Shown: piece after piece, positions 28,127-43,678 of the stretch
How positions within the stretch are numbered: position 1 is the stretch's first letter
Layout: each line of letters starts with the position of its first letter
Source of the DNA: Eledone cirrhosa
Lineage: Eukaryota
Direction of reading: 5' to 3'
Length of the DNA stretch: 64,000 nucleotides
NCBI GenBank assembly: GCA_964016885.1
Contig: OZ024745.1
Location: forward strand, 37,200,001-37,264,000
Made by a program: the position numbers and the translations under genes
The notes under the pieces: generated by a model
The model's database searches: none
What the model saw: the letters and a program-made list of their open reading frames with translations, nothing else
Told to the model about the DNA's origin: nothing

Positions 28127-28945
28127 ATAGATATTATTAATCATGATTCAGAAATCCTTTACCCACCTTTCTTTCATTATTATTATTTTTTTTTTTTTAG
28201 TTGTAATCTATACATCAACCTCCTATTAATAGAAACCAAACCACATTACAACTACAAACACCGTTGCTTTGCTTAACGTTGTTTGCCTAGGAAGAGACAA
28301 ATGGACTTCTAGTGTTATTCTAGAAAGCGAGAGATAGAGACAGATAGATAGGGGGAAGAGAAAACAAGAGAGTGAGGAATAGCAAGAGAGAGAGGGGGGG
28401 GAGATGGAGAAAGCCAGTGTATATGAGAGAGGAGATACATCTAAGAAAGCAAGATAAAATATGAATGTGTGAAAGAGAGAGCTAGTCAGAGAAGCATAGA
28501 GAGCAAGACAACGCAGAGAGAGAGAGAGATAGAATTCTGGTTTTAAACAAAGAATAAGTATAAATTAACAAAACAATTAAAAGGTAAAGAGGAGGAAGAG
28601 GAAGAGGGGGGAAGCGGAATAGGGGGATGAAGAAGGTAGATAGATATTCTATTTGAAATTGTGGATTGAGTAACATTTTGTGACTCATTGTGAACACGCC
28701 CTCTCCCCCTCAAAAATAGAGAAAATCCCTTTAATACTCAAAATACTCATTTGTATTAAATCTATCCACCCCCTCTCTCTCTACTATATAATCTATCTAT
28801 CTCCCACCTCTCTCTCTTTTTCTACCTCTCTGGTTTATGTCTATTTCGCACACTCAAACTCTCGCATTTTTTTGTATTTTTTCCTTCCCTCGCACTTTCT
28901 ATTTCACAAGGTTTCTCTTTTTCTCTCTGCTTATATGTATGTATA

Positions 28946-29164
<219 letters not shown>

Positions 29165-29493
29165 TGTGTATTTGTGCGTAATTGTGTGTAACCAGACCAA
29201 GAGACCAAACTGAAACTTCGAAGTCACTGCAACATTTCTATTTAGAAGATATATTTCTACACTCTACACACAAGTATAAGGCTAATCAGCCGATGTATAC
29301 TTTAGAAAATATATAATATGAATAGTCCAAGCGAGTGGCAGACAGAGATACACAGTCTTGACAAAGAGCAATAGCCCAGAAGCATGTTGACTGTTTCTTT
29401 ATGGCACTGTTAGAACAAACGGTAAGAGTGGTATTCTAAAAAGCATTGCGTAGTGACGCCGATGCTTGCAAACGAATCGAATATTATTATTAT

Positions 29494-29630
29494 TCCTTTA
29501 TGATCTGAGTTCAAATCCCCCCGAGGTTAACTTTGCCTTTCATCCTTACGGATTCGATAAAATAAAGTACCAGTAATACACTGGGATATTTGCTGGCTTT
29601 GTGCCAAAAGTAGAAACAATTATTATTATT
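29494..29630 (+). mobile_element. SINE family 1 (5'-truncated)
   Basis: B-box through (ATT)n tail. Confidence 0.8.
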
Positions 29631-29659
29631 CGATATAATACTTATAAATACATCCCCAA

Positions 29660-29695
<36 letters not shown>

Positions 29696-29951
29696 GGGGT
29701 GGTGTGGGATGGGGTGGGGTGGGGTGGGGTGGAGGGGTGTTTATGAGTAAGTGGTGGCTAATTCTTTTTTACCTAACTCTTATTTTATGTGAATTGGTTA
29801 TTCATCTATTTAATAAAGATCATCCTTTGTTTCTGATGATAGGTGACAAGAAGGATCTGCTTTTTCGAGGCTAATTGTATAGATGAAACTATAGTAAAAC
29901 AATGGAATAACTAACTACAGCACCTTCCCATATTCTTTCATTGTTTTATAA

Positions 29952-30078
<127 letters not shown>

Positions 30079-30081
30079 GAG

Positions 30082-31098
<1,017 letters not shown>

Positions 31099-31104
31099 TA
31101 TATA

Positions 31105-32390
31105 GAAGTGGTAACACAACAGTTAGTTCACCATACCGAGAACAATTGTTTCACCGCCTGGGTGAAAACACATGGACAACTCCCGCTCATCGGCTGCCTT
31201 CAGAAACATGAAGGCGACCGAACATTTAGCAGCTTCCACCCCGGACATGAGGGTGGCCGACCGGGGTGGAAGCTGATAAATGTTCGGTCGCCCTCATGAC
31301 TATGATTTTCAGCCTCTTGGATTTTGTCTATTATATTCCTTGTATGCGGTGCGGTACATTGGTTGAACGTCAACTTGGACATACAGTGAATTTCACCTGG
31401 CACGTTGGATTGTGCGACCGAACGTGAGGATTTTTGGGAATGCCAGTTTCTGCGGACCTGGCGTGTTTACAATTTCCTCACATCTGTGCCGGTTGTATAT
31501 GTACCATATATTTCTTTAACTCGTCGTACTTTCTTTTTTTATTTTTTTTTTATTTTATTTATTTATTTATTTTTTATTTTATTTTTTATTTATTTTACTT
31601 TTTATTTATTTTTTTTTTAAATTTTTTTTTTTGCATTTTAGGTGTATATCCCAGACCGCCTATGGTGATAAATCCCCTGGTATAGGTTTTGGAAAAATAG
31701 TGTTATCTCACTTAACGTTCGTAACTGGAACATATCGATGTGGTTCGTAGGGTGCGGATATGATAAGGAGAATCGACCTGTTACAAGGCGATATAATTGG
31801 AGTACACCATCCTTCATATGGACTATCATACATGTAAGGCTACACCACTGCTAACCAACTATTCTTTTCACAGACTCATGCTTGCAAAACTCTCTTGATC
31901 TGCCTGTACACCCTTTTTGCCCCTGCTTGTTCTTTGATGCATCTATGCTTTGCTTTGTCTTATATATTTTTTTTTTGGGGGGGGGGGGTCCGGGCTTTTT
32001 GTTCCTTTATTGTTTTGTATTTTTATATTTATCTCTTTTCTTATCCTTGTATTTTTGTACTTTTTTATTATTTTTTTTATTATTTTCTTATTGTTTCTGA
32101 TCATGCCGAGTAATACCCTTACTCATCTCTTGCTACCCTCTCCCAACTTCTTTATCATCTATTGCACCATTTAAGTGATACATTTTTGGTGTAATTTTTA
32201 ATTTAAAAATTTTTAAGACATTTTATGACATTATGTGTATCATGTATTCTGTCTTTTTCCATATAGCGCTGGCCTCGGGACCCCCCCCCCCCCCCCCTGC
32301 TGGTTCTTTAACCTTGTTCTGGTGACGCAGCTCGATGGAGCATGCAACTACTGATATACTCATGTTTATAGGCTCTGATGATTCCTGCCA
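31105..32390. mobile_element. 1.3-kb non-coding PLE-like derivative (family F end, 38-bp hairpin, hammerhead remnants at right end)
   Basis: Minus-strand hammerhead-like 31139-31195; hairpin 31207-31244 / 31261-31298; CTGGTGA-stem near 32319 and CTGATGA 32375-32381; (TA)n both sides. Confidence 0.5.
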
Positions 32391-32905
32391 TATATATATA
32401 TAATATATATATATATATATCTTTATATATATATAAAGAAGAGAGTGAATATAGTTTAATGATAAAATGTATGTGAGAGAGAGAAAGGGGGTAGAGGGGA
32501 AGAAGAGAGAAAGAAATTCTAGACGTGAAATATAGAAAGAGAATAAAGAAAAGAGTAAAAGTGAGAAAATTGGAAAAGTCTTTTAAAAGGGAAAACATTT
32601 AGGGAGAGTGGAAAGAACATGGTAAAAAAATTACAGGGAGAGAAAGAAAGACAGAAAGCAAGAGAGAAAGAAAGAAAGAAAGAGAATTATACAGAAAGAT
32701 CAAGAGAGGGGAAGAAACTGGTGGGAATTGAAAACGGAGATTGAGAGGTAGATAAATGAGATGGAGAGACCGAGACATACAGTGAAAGAAGAAAAGTAAG
32801 ATATAGAGCAAAAATGATAAGAGAGAGCAACAATGTGAGATAGAAAATGAGATAAAAAACATGTCAAACAGAAGCAGTGAGGACGATACAAATACAGATT
32901 TAAAA

Positions 32906-32990
<85 letters not shown>

Positions 32991-33013
32991 TGTATGTATG
33001 TATGTATATATGT

Positions 33014-33402
33014 ATGGTGGCTGCCAACTCGTTTTCGAGTACGGCCACTACTTTATATCCATGTAGGATAACCCCTAACCGATGCGCTGAACGAGTGTGA
33101 CTTTTTAGTCCAGCCAGCGACTTGAAAACTCTAGTACAAACACTACACTTGTGACAATTATTGACACATAGTGCTGGGCCCATGTGCTGACAAGTGGTAC
33201 CATGTGCTGACAAGTGCAGAGAGATCTCCAGATATAAAGCAATGCCTGTGCTGTGAAGCTTTTATAGTGAGCAAAGAGACTGTACAAAGCCAGTCCGACT
33301 CTCTTAACCAAGATGATATTTACAAAAAGAAGAACAAGTCAATATCATTGAATAACATCAGCGTTGCAGGTGTTATATCAAGGTTTCCTTCTCCTAGAAT
33401 TC
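33014..33402 (-). mobile_element. RTE-derived bipartite element (5'-truncated)
   Basis: Same family; small internal duplication near 33180-33215. Confidence 0.8.
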
Positions 33403-33592
33403 ATACATACATATATAAATACATACATACATATATATATATATATCTTTTTTATCTGTATTTGTCTCGTCCTCACTGCTTCTGTTTGACATGTTTTTTT
33501 TCTCATTTTCTATCTCACATTGTTGCTCTCTCTTATCATTTTTGCTCTATATCTTACTTTTCTTCTTTCACTGTATGTCTCGGTCTCTCCCG

Positions 33593-33747
33593 TTCTTCTT
33601 CTTCTTCTTCTTCTTCTTCTTCTTCTTCTCTTCTTCTTCTTCTTCTTCTTCTTCTTCTTCTTCTTCTTCTTCTTCTTCTTCTTCTTCTTCTTCTTCTTTT
33701 CTTCTTCTTCTTCTCTTCTTCTTCTTCTTCTTCTTCTTCTTCTTCTT
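33593..33747. repeat. (TTC)n microsatellite
   Basis: Direct reading. Confidence 0.95.
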
Positions 33748-33998
33748 GAAGAATACAACGCACTATCCGGTTCGAAACGAGATCAGGACTTAAACACTAA
33801 GCCAGGCAGATTATAACGATATGATTAAGTGACCCTGACTGACCTTTATTTACATCCCAATACATCTGAACAGAACATAATATTCATTTTTTTAAAGAAA
33901 AAGAGGGTGTAACCACGAATTTTGGCGAGTCTCTATTCTTACTACCTATAATGTATAAATACATATACATATATTATATATATGTATGTATATGTGTG

Positions 33999-34120
<122 letters not shown>

Positions 34121-35222
34121 ATATATATATATATATGTATGTATGTATGTGTATGTATATATATATATATATGTATATATATGTATATATATATTTATAT
34201 TATATATATACATATATTTATATTATATATATATATATTTATATTATATATATACATATATTTATATTATATATATATATATTTATATTATATATATATA
34301 TACATACGTATATACATACCTACATTTATCCATCCATATATACATACATGCATTCATACATGGTTCTTATCCATTTGTGGCGATCAAGAGCAAGACTTGC
34401 TGTTAAAAGAACCAGACAAACGAATGACTGGACATTTCCCCAGTAAATCGTTCCCCAGTAAATCCGCTGATATTTGGAACTTAACTTATCACAGGTACTT
34501 CTATAACAATATGTTGAAAATATTTTTTTATAAATATCAACAATTTAAGACATTTTCGTAATCATATACCTAATGAAAGGCACTGCCTTTAGTTTTCAGA
34601 TAATTTGGAAAATAATTAAATATTTGTAAAGGTTGGATTATATAACTAGCTTTACATTATTAAGTGAGTGTAAAGAACATAAAAAATGTTCTTACGTAAC
34701 ATTATGATAGAAAATTTTTATATAAATATCAAAACTTTAAGACCCTTTCGCTACCATATTGCTAATGAACTTCTGTGCCTTTAGGTTTTCATGCAATTTT
34801 GCAAATAATCAGGAATTTTTGCTGGAGTTAATGATATAACTAACTTTTACATAACTACACTGGTATTTGGAACATCACTTCACAAAGGTTCTTGCATAAA
34901 ATTATGATCGCAACATTTTTAGGAAAATATACTTTAAAATGAACAGTTTTATGTAATATAACAAAGGGATGTTTCAAATGACTTGGTATCAAAACGGTTA
35001 AGAAAAGCTTGCCACACTTACACTGGTGTGGCAGCTTAATGGACACCTGCTCGGAAATGCTGCTTTCCCGCGTTATTTTTGGTGGATCGTCATCTTTTAA
35101 AAGAAGACATTGTTTTTGTCCTGTTGGGTTTCCAGGAAAGCTTCTTCTTCAGGCTTACCTGGTCGAGTTAGGCGCCAACGACACTGGAATACATTATATC
35201 AGTAGTGCTCACGAGCAGCATG

Positions 35223-35260
<38 letters not shown>

Positions 35261-35333
35261 TGAGAGGTATGTATCTATGTGCGTGTGCTTGCTTGCGCAT
35301 ATATATATATATATATACGTGTGTGTGTGGATG

Positions 35334-35393
<60 letters not shown>

Positions 35394-37300
35394 CACACAT
35401 TCATAAATACACGCCCATACATACTTACGTAATACATATATGGCTGATATCTCCATATTTTTATGCACTTGAACATATACCTACGAACTGGAGCAGGTGT
35501 CTACATTACGGATGACGTGTGTTTTGTTATTTCTCGCGCCAGAATATATGTAACGACGTTTTTTCTTCTTCTATACGAGTGTGTTCATAAAGAACGCATT
35601 GATTTATAAAGAACAAACAAGAGCGCAACTATTCTTATGAACTTATGTACTCAGTAAGCAGATCAAAGTGTTTACAAATTATTATGTACCCTTTTACTGG
35701 AGACGAAACTACTAGGTGCAACTTTCCGTACAATGCATTAAAAAATTATATTCATAAAAAGACTATGTTCCCAAAATTCAACAGGCAGAGAGCTTCTGAT
35801 TTTTTATACTCTTCAATGTTTTTATTCCCTGGCATGTTTTTCTTTAATCATTTTCTTTACAAATATGCTTTTTTTTCTATATCGATTAACTCTTTCTTTT
35901 CATATTCAATTAAATAGTAGTGTCTATTGGGGATTACTCGCCTTGTAACATACTTTAAGTTATGGCAAGGTGCTCTTCGAAATATGATGTAGTTTGTGAT
36001 TCACTTCCCACTGTTGGTATATGGAATACACATTTTACGCTCTAATGGGATTATCATAGACTTTCAGTGCCACGATACGGCAGATGTATGTTATTTATTC
36101 GGCTGAATTTTTAAAGATATTATTTAGGATATATGTTCGTATGAATGTGTACACACACACACCCATACACACATATTTATATGTGCGCGTGTGTGTGTGT
36201 GTGTGTACTTGTGTTTCTCTAAATGTATGTGTGTATGTGTACCTATGTCTCTGTAAATTGCCAGTTTGAGATAATGGAATTTCACCCATCATTTTATTAA
36301 TATTTTATCTAAAAAAACTTAGAATTCGGTAAAAGTTTTATTATTATAATTGAGACTCACATCATCCTCAGACAAAAAACAAAAATAATAAATAAAAGAA
36401 AAGAAAAATACCTCTGTGAAGTCGCTCTTGTTTTATGACGATAAATTCTCCGTAGAAAATCAAATAAGCAAGTTTTTTGAACGTCACCTTGATAGTGCCG
36501 AAGTCTGAAAACGAGTCGTTCTGTACATTTCAGTTGCACTTTAAAAAGAAATAATTCCTTTTATATTATTATATAGTTCTGTTTTGCTGTCTTTCACGAC
36601 ATGAGTAGCCTTAGAATGGATAAGTGTTGCAATGATGTAATATTAATTATAAAAGATTTAATTCTATTAAGACAAATTAGAAATAATATTTAAAATAATA
36701 ATAATAATTATTAAAAATATAATTTATAGGAAGTATTGTGAGATATGTAGTTAAGAATGTTTGTAGAAAGTCCGTACAATGTAAATTGGAAACACAAAAC
36801 TGAAAACTAGAGCAGAGTAAAGTAAGAAAAACAAATCAAAAGGTTAGACTTTAATATTTAACTTTATATTGCTCTACCTTTTGTGACGAGAAGCCATATT
36901 TCCGAAAGAATCACATGACATGACATTTACATAAGCTCTTAACATCTGATGGAATCGTAGAGGCACTGACGTTACATACAAATCTGACGGAGCACATCTT
37001 CAGGCTGGAACATATAATTGTTTCTACTTTTGACACAAGGCCAGCAATTATCCCAGTGTATTACAACATATAATACTGCAAAAACGGAAGTTATATTTTT
37101 ACTATGCACAAGCCTTCATATATACAGCTCTATTATGAATTATGCTATGTCACTGCTTCTGCTCATATACGTGTATATATATAATATATATACACACACA
37201 CACACTAGCATGTTTGTGACTATGCAGATTATACAGAAATTAGACTATAATATTGGTATGTATGTATTATATGCATTGATGTATATATATATATATATAT

Positions 37301-37912
37301 ATGGTGGCTGCTAAATCGTTTTCGAGTACGGCCACTACTTTATATCCATGTAGGAGAACCCCTACCGAAGCGCTGAGCGAGTGTGACTTTTTAGTCCAGC
37401 CAGCGACTTGAAAACTCTGGTACAAACACTACACTTGTGACAATTATTGACACATTGTGCTGGGCCCATGGTACCATGTGACGACAAGTGCAGAGAGATC
37501 TCCAGATATAAAGCAATACCTGTGCGGTGAAGCTTTTATAGTGAGCAAAGGCACTGCACAAAGCCAGTCCCACTCTCTTAACCAAGATGATATTTACCAA
37601 AAAGAAGACCAAGTCAACATCATTGGATACCATCAGAGTTGCAGGTGTTATATCAGAGTTTTCCTTCTCCTAGAATTCTGCCTTGACAAAGGCTAAGGGG
37701 TCATCTCTCCCGGTGATTTTGGATTGCCATTCACTCTTAAGAGCTCCTTTGCCTTTTGACAGGTTTTGTTTTTAGTCCTGCAGGATGTCCAAAGTCATCC
37801 TCCTCACCAAGAAACCTTGGTGGGGTTGCCAGTTTAGTCGCCAACAACCCGACCATGAGACAGGTTGTACTGGGACACATGTTACCAGTAGCACCAACTG
37901 GTGACCTGACAT
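37301..37912 (-). mobile_element. RTE-derived bipartite element (full length, ~610 bp)
   Basis: Same termini as 60184-60795. Confidence 0.82.
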
Positions 37913-38055
37913 AAATATATATATATATATACACATACACACAAACAAACATATATTTGGCTAACTGAATACGCAGTGTGTTTTTTTTCCTCATTTTTGT
38001 CGTTTATTTCTCCTCTAACTCTTTATCTTTCTATTCTATACTTTATTTTTAATTC

Positions 38056-38095
38056 TATCTTCTGATAAAGGACTGGTGTCCGAAACATTGAGATA
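38056..38095 (+). ncRNA. Decayed minimal hammerhead in a probable solo pLTR (~37960-38180)
   Basis: TATCTT-CTGATAA-A-GGAC-TGGT-GTCC-GAAAC-ATT-GAGATA, then AATAAA..GTACTG as in the PLE1 3' end. Confidence 0.55.
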
Positions 38096-38189
38096 TTGTT
38101 CCTGTTATTTTAAGTGTTAAACTAATAAATCTCTTCAATGTACTGTGTCATTTGCTTTGTTATTTCTGTTTACTTTTTAAATATATACA

Positions 38190-38244
<55 letters not shown>

Positions 38245-38257
38245 CTCTCTCTCTCTA

Positions 38258-38320
<63 letters not shown>

Positions 38321-38370
38321 AAATATATAGATATAGACACGCACACAAACATATATATTTATATATATAT

Positions 38371-38408
<38 letters not shown>

Positions 38409-39839
38409 CATTTACAGCAGTATGTTTGTGAATTTATGTGTGTGTGTGTCCATTCAGAGATATGTTGTTTTTGTTTAACTGGGGGGAATTTATATATATC
38501 AAGCGAAATCCTCTATAATATATTCACACTCTGCTCTTCAATGTTTTTCTTTGAAGTGAACTATTGAAGAGAAAATCATTAATGTATAGCACAAAGCTGG
38601 TAGTTTATAATACATGTTGAAGGGGTTATTGTTGATTTTTAGTCCAAGTCAGGCCCAAGTCGGGATAAAGTATTATGAAAGCGGTTGCAGCTGTGCCCAT
38701 CCTGTCTTTCTGTATTTCGTGGACTAACTAGTCCAATATATTCATTATTATTCAAGATATTAACTTTGCCTTTCATACATTTAAGGTCGATAAAAAATAC
38801 CAGTCTAGTGTTGTGGTCGATTCTTCCTCTATATCCCTTTCTCACTTCCTTTCCCCCTCTCTCAACTCTTTCTGGAAGAAAACAGCTATATTCGTAGTTG
38901 GAGAGAAGATGGGGTCCGCCAGGTTTGAAAATGGCCTAAAAACGCCATATGTCAATATGGCACCCTTACAACTCCCTCAGGACTACTGGTCCATACATAC
39001 ATACATTCAAGACATTGGGAGGTGATGTATGGGAGAATTAAATGATATGTTTAGCAGATGAAGAGGCCACCGAGACATCTTGTCTTTGTTCTTGTGTTTC
39101 TCCCTCGGTCCATTTCTGCTATGTTCTGGTGATTTATTTATTATTGATGCTGTAGCTTGTGGCGGAGAATTGGCAGAACTGTGGCAGAACCGTTAGAAAC
39201 ATGAGTAGAAATCTTTGTGGCATTCATTCCGGCTCACTGGTCACAGAGTTCAAACCACGCCAGGGTTAACATAATTTGTTATGTGTCAGATTGTGTGGGA
39301 TTTAGGGTTCACATATTCACCCTTGTTCAAAACCAGACAAGAACGTTGTCTGGCTCATGCTCAGTGGCTCACCAGATCGGAGTTTATCGCAGTTTCATTA
39401 ACATTAAGCAACTGAGAATACAAGTTAACTCCCAGATCCTGCTGATACTATCTTGTTTGTTTTTTTAGTGAAATAAAGTGTTTTGCTCAAGAACATCAAG
39501 CGGTGCTCGTTACCGGAATCAAACCTACGACTCTAAATCTTTCTCTACGTGATTTAATATTTTAACATGGCCAGAAACAGATCTGAAGCTGTTCAGCCTA
39601 TCGTAAATACGTATCAAATATAACTCACTACACAAGTTGATATATGTGATATTACATAATTGATGAGTGTTTGCTTCAAATCATGTTTTCTGAGTTCAAA
39701 TATCGTTATTATAGTCATTGGATGAAGAATGAACACACTTTAACTTGTCGTTTGGTCGACGTGATAATTCTTAAATGCATACTGAAGTCATGTTTCCTTA
39801 TATTTTTTCATGCTTTTATTATTTTACATGTTTTAGTAT

Positions 39840-39982
39840 TATGAGTTCAAGTCATGCTGAGGTCAACTTTAACTTTCATCTTTCTAGAGTCGAAGTAATA
39901 AGAACCAGTGAAATACTGGTTGATTTAATCCGCTAACTTGCTTCAAATTGCTGGCCTTGCACCTAAATTAGAAATCATTATT
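39840..39982 (+). mobile_element. SINE family 1 (diverged; further remnants near 13380, 38760, 39160, 40935, 54705, 55620, 63950)
   Basis: GAGTTCAAGTC..GAGGTCAACTTT..CTGGCCTTG..TAGAAATCATT. Confidence 0.65.
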
Positions 39983-40274
39983 TCATATATTTAAGGCGGT
40001 AGATTACCAGAATGTATAGAGCGTCGGATAAAGAAATAATTAAAGTGTTGAGACGCAATAATTGTCTGCAATTTCCCGACTTCAGATCAATCGCAAATAA
40101 TATTTTGCTTGAGCTGTCATGTTTTTAATTTAATAAAAAAAAAAATAATGAATAGTATAATATAAAGTTGCGTCGCATCAGTATCGACTTTGCTTTTGAT
40201 TCTCCTGGCATTGATAAAATTAGAGGCATTCAAATAGAAACACTGATTTAAATCTCAACATTCCTGTTCGTGAA

Positions 40275-40580
40275 AGCAAGTAACTTAGTATTCAGCTTAC
40301 GATCGTAAACGCGTAAGTTCGATTTCCAGCAATGTGTTGTGTCCTTGAGCATGACACTTTCTCTCATGTTGCTCTTTCCGTTCAGCAGGAAAACATTAGT
40401 TGTACCTGTAATTAAAAAAAGTCAACCTTGTCCTACATTGTGTCACACTGAATTTCCCTGAGAAGTACTTTATGGGTACACGTGGTACGGAAATCCACAG
40501 CAAGTTAATTTCACGAAGAGGCTGTTCTGTCGATCAAGCAACAAGAATATTAATCACCGGAACTAACGGTATTGCCATAC
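40275..40580 (+). mobile_element. tRNA-derived CORE-type SINE family 2
   Basis: tRNA-like head, TGTGTCCTTGAGCATGACACTT CORE-like block, TGTCACACTGAATTTCCCTGAGAA body, (CA)n tail. Confidence 0.65.
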
Positions 40581-40588
40581 ACCCACAG

Positions 40589-40712
<124 letters not shown>

Positions 40713-41169
40713 CATCAACGTGTATAACATTTTACATATTGTAAAAACCTTTATAAATGGCATCAGTCTTTCTGTCTATCAGTTTTTAAACTTACCTCTG
40801 TGTCGTGGCTTTGGTACTTTCAACCTGCAAGAGCCGATCCATCTTCAGGTCGGAACGCAGTCGATTTATTCCGAAAAAGAAATAAATAAAAAAAGAACGA
40901 GAGAGAGAGAGATTAAATGAGGAACCAACCACAGTACTCGACTGGTACTTATTTATCGACCTCAAAATGATGAAAAGCAAAGATGACCTCGGCGGGATTT
41001 GAACTCAGAAGCAAACAGCCAGAAGAAATACTGAAGAATCTTTAAAACGCCCTAACGCCCAAGCAACCTAACAACTTTAATTTCCAACCTTGCCTGATTG
41101 ATAAAATAATCGTTGATTTGATTCTCTACATTCCTGTTCAACATGTGTGTGTGTGTCTGTGTGTGTTCG

Positions 41170-41470
41170 ACCTCCGTCAGTTCCGACGATGGATAATCCT
41201 GTTTTTTTCGGACAACAGAACAGCTTGTTGGTAAAATTAACGTGCAAGTGGCTGAGCATTCAACAGACAAGTGCATGTTTAACGTAGTTTTCCTCTTGGA
41301 GATTCAGCTTCATATAGAATGTGATGAGGCTTGCTCTTTGAATTACAGGCCCTACTTAATGTTTTCCAATTGAAAGCAACGTGTGTTCAAGAATACAACG
41401 CGCCGCCGGTAATTTAACTCATGACTTTGCAGTCGTGAGCCCAACACAGTAACCACTAAGTCACGCGAAT
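41170..41470 (-). mobile_element. SINE family 2
   Basis: TTAACGTGCAAGTGGCTGAGCA..GAGATTCAGC..CTTTGAATTACAGG shared with other copies. Confidence 0.65.
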
Positions 41471-41649
41471 TCATATGTAACTTTGTGCTTATGTTACAAA
41501 CTTTTATGATTGTTATTATTCGTCCTGTCCATAATAGCCGATTTGCAGAATGGCTAGAGTAGTGGTTCCCAAACATTTTTTCCTCAAGTCCCATTTTTGA
41601 AAAAGCAAAATAATGCTGGTGCACTTTGTATCAATTCGAAACTGAACAC

Positions 41650-41940
41650 ACAAACCACCTCTCTTTTCCAAATTGTGAGGGTACAGCTTCGTTACTACGG
41701 GTGGGTGGTTAGAATGTTTCAGAAAGGAATCATAGGACAGATTGTACGGGCAAAACCAACGGGCAGAAAACCCAGGCTTAAATCACAAGAAATATTGGAT
41801 AACGCCCATGACCTCGGCTGGTCTCGATTGGGTATCCAGCCGGATTAATTGGAGATGGTTGCTTTTGACAGAACTCACTGGAAGGAGTGTTTGATTCCTC
41901 CCAGGAATCAGTGGACGATGAAGAAGAAGAGAAGATAAGA
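41650..41940 (+). mobile_element. RTE LINE 3'-end relic
   Basis: VQLRYYGWVVRM..IVRAKPTGRKPR, ending in (GAA)n. Confidence 0.6.
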
Positions 41941-42614
41941 AGGTTTAAATTATCTACAACTCTGATTAACATGTGTGTGCTTGTGATTATATTACAAATC
42001 TTTTCCACATCTGAAATCAATTTTATAAGGTATAACTAAGAAAATATGTTATTTAGAGGTGCCAACGAGTTAAAAGGAAAAAATATTGAAATCCTGCACG
42101 TGCAGTTTTAACTCCGATTACATCCGGTTTACAGTGTCTCCTGGGTTTCATTTTTTTCAGTTTGTGTTAAAATGAATTAACATAGCAAAATAACGATAAA
42201 GAATAAAAAAGATAATGAATGAAAAAAGATTAAGGAAGAATAAGATAGAGAAAAATAAAGGAGGAAGGGAATGAAGAAGAAGAAGAAGAAGAAGAAGATA
42301 GTAAAAGTAAATGAATTTCGAATTAAACAAATCAGTGAGCGATGGGTAGTTTTTAGGAAAAACTGAAGAATGAATAAATGTATGAATTAAAAGAAAATCT
42401 GACAAAAAAAAAAAATAATAATACGAGAGCGGAAAAATATGAAGGACAAACAATAAAAGAAAGATATAAAAAAAGAAAGAAGTTAAGAAAGAATGAAGAT
42501 AAGAAAGCAATAAGAAAAGAAAAAAGATACAATGACAGTAAGAAAGAAGAGGGCAAGAAAAAAGAAAGAAAAGTAAGAAAGAAAGGAGTGAAAGTAATGA
42601 CTATACTGCCCCCA

Positions 42615-43020
42615 CCTCACCGCCATCAACAACAAACACCGAGCCGTCGTAACAGGTGTTGTGTTTTAAATATATCGTATTATTGTTGTTATTGTAGCTG
42701 GTTAAGTGACTGTGGTAAGGTAGATGTAGTGGGAGGATGTTGTGAGGGAGGAGAAGGAGGAGGAGGAGGAGGAGGAGAAGAAGACGAAAACGAAGAAGAA
42801 GAAGAAGAAGAAGAAGAAGAAGAAGAAAAAGGTAATAGGGATAGGTTGATTTATTGGAAAACTGAAACGATATCAAAGTATATTCATACATGAATGATTT
42901 TTGATTGAAAGGTGACGTGACCCAAGGATTGGCCATATACACTACACCTACGTAAAATTGGTTGGTTGGGTAAGTCTCCCTAGCCCCATTAAATATTAGG
43001 ATTCATAACTAAGGGATTGG
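42615..43020 (-). promoter_or_regulatory. Candidate promoter and first exon ending ATG GCG | GTGAGG
   Basis: Minus-strand CCAAT boxes (42928, 42957, 43016), GTCACGTCACC (42911-42921), pyrimidine-rich leader, ATGGCG 42626-42621 directly followed by the donor. Confidence 0.4.
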
Positions 43021-43113
43021 AGGGTGCGGCTATTGTGGAGGACTGGGTTAATTTAACTTAATGTTTTTAAAAAAAGCAAAACAGTACAAGGAGACTTTCA
43101 AGTGAGAGATGGA

Positions 43114-43320
43114 TAAATTTCTTTATTAGCCACAAGGGCACAAAAGAAGGGGACAAATACAAATGGGGAGTTTACATACAGGTATATGAAAATAAAACTA
43201 TTAATACAATAACAAATAACAATTGAAATCCCCAATAGGGGGGAGGTGTTACACAGGGGTTGTACACACCCCGAAAAAATGTACAACCCTCATCTCCAGG
43301 AGCACCAAGAGTGAGTACCC
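43114..43320 (-). repeat. Retroposon 3' end (second copy 54356-54420)
   Basis: TTTCTTTATTAGCCACA..CAAAAGAAGGGGACAAATACAAA..GTTTACATACA shared; reverse complement ends AATAAAGAAA. Confidence 0.55.
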
Positions 43321-43678
43321 CCTTCCTCTCTTCCTCTTTTTCCTCAACCTACAGGCTTATATAGAGAGAAGGCCCAACCACTCGGGCCATCTTTGCCACA
43401 TTCACCCACCTTTTATAAAATTTGCTGGGGTACAGCACCTCTCTCTCCTAGATAAATATATAGATAGATAGAATCATATATTTATATATATGTATATATA
43501 TATTTAAAAAATAGAGGTGTGACACACGAGTTGTGATATATTAGTAAAAAGGAAAAGAAAATGCTGACAAATATTTCCCAGTGAAAAATAGTTTAATTAG
43601 GAATAAGTATAAATTAGTAATAAGTATTAGTTAGTATTCAGTTTTAGTTTTAAGTTTTTACCGATATATATATATATA

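Noticed and set aside
33491-33816. Poly-K/R/E/S/F ORFs
   Set aside because: (TTC)n microsatellite.
34490-34860. Degenerate ~195-bp tandem duplication
   Set aside because: Highly diverged, AT-rich, no coding or structural signal.
35153-35190. 25-nt minus-strand micro-exon (ttccag..gtaagc)
   Set aside because: Weak polypyrimidine tract, no homology, plausible by chance.
39053-39121. miRNA-like hairpin TAGCAGA..TCTGCTA
   Set aside because: Large asymmetric bulges; no recognisable mature miRNA.
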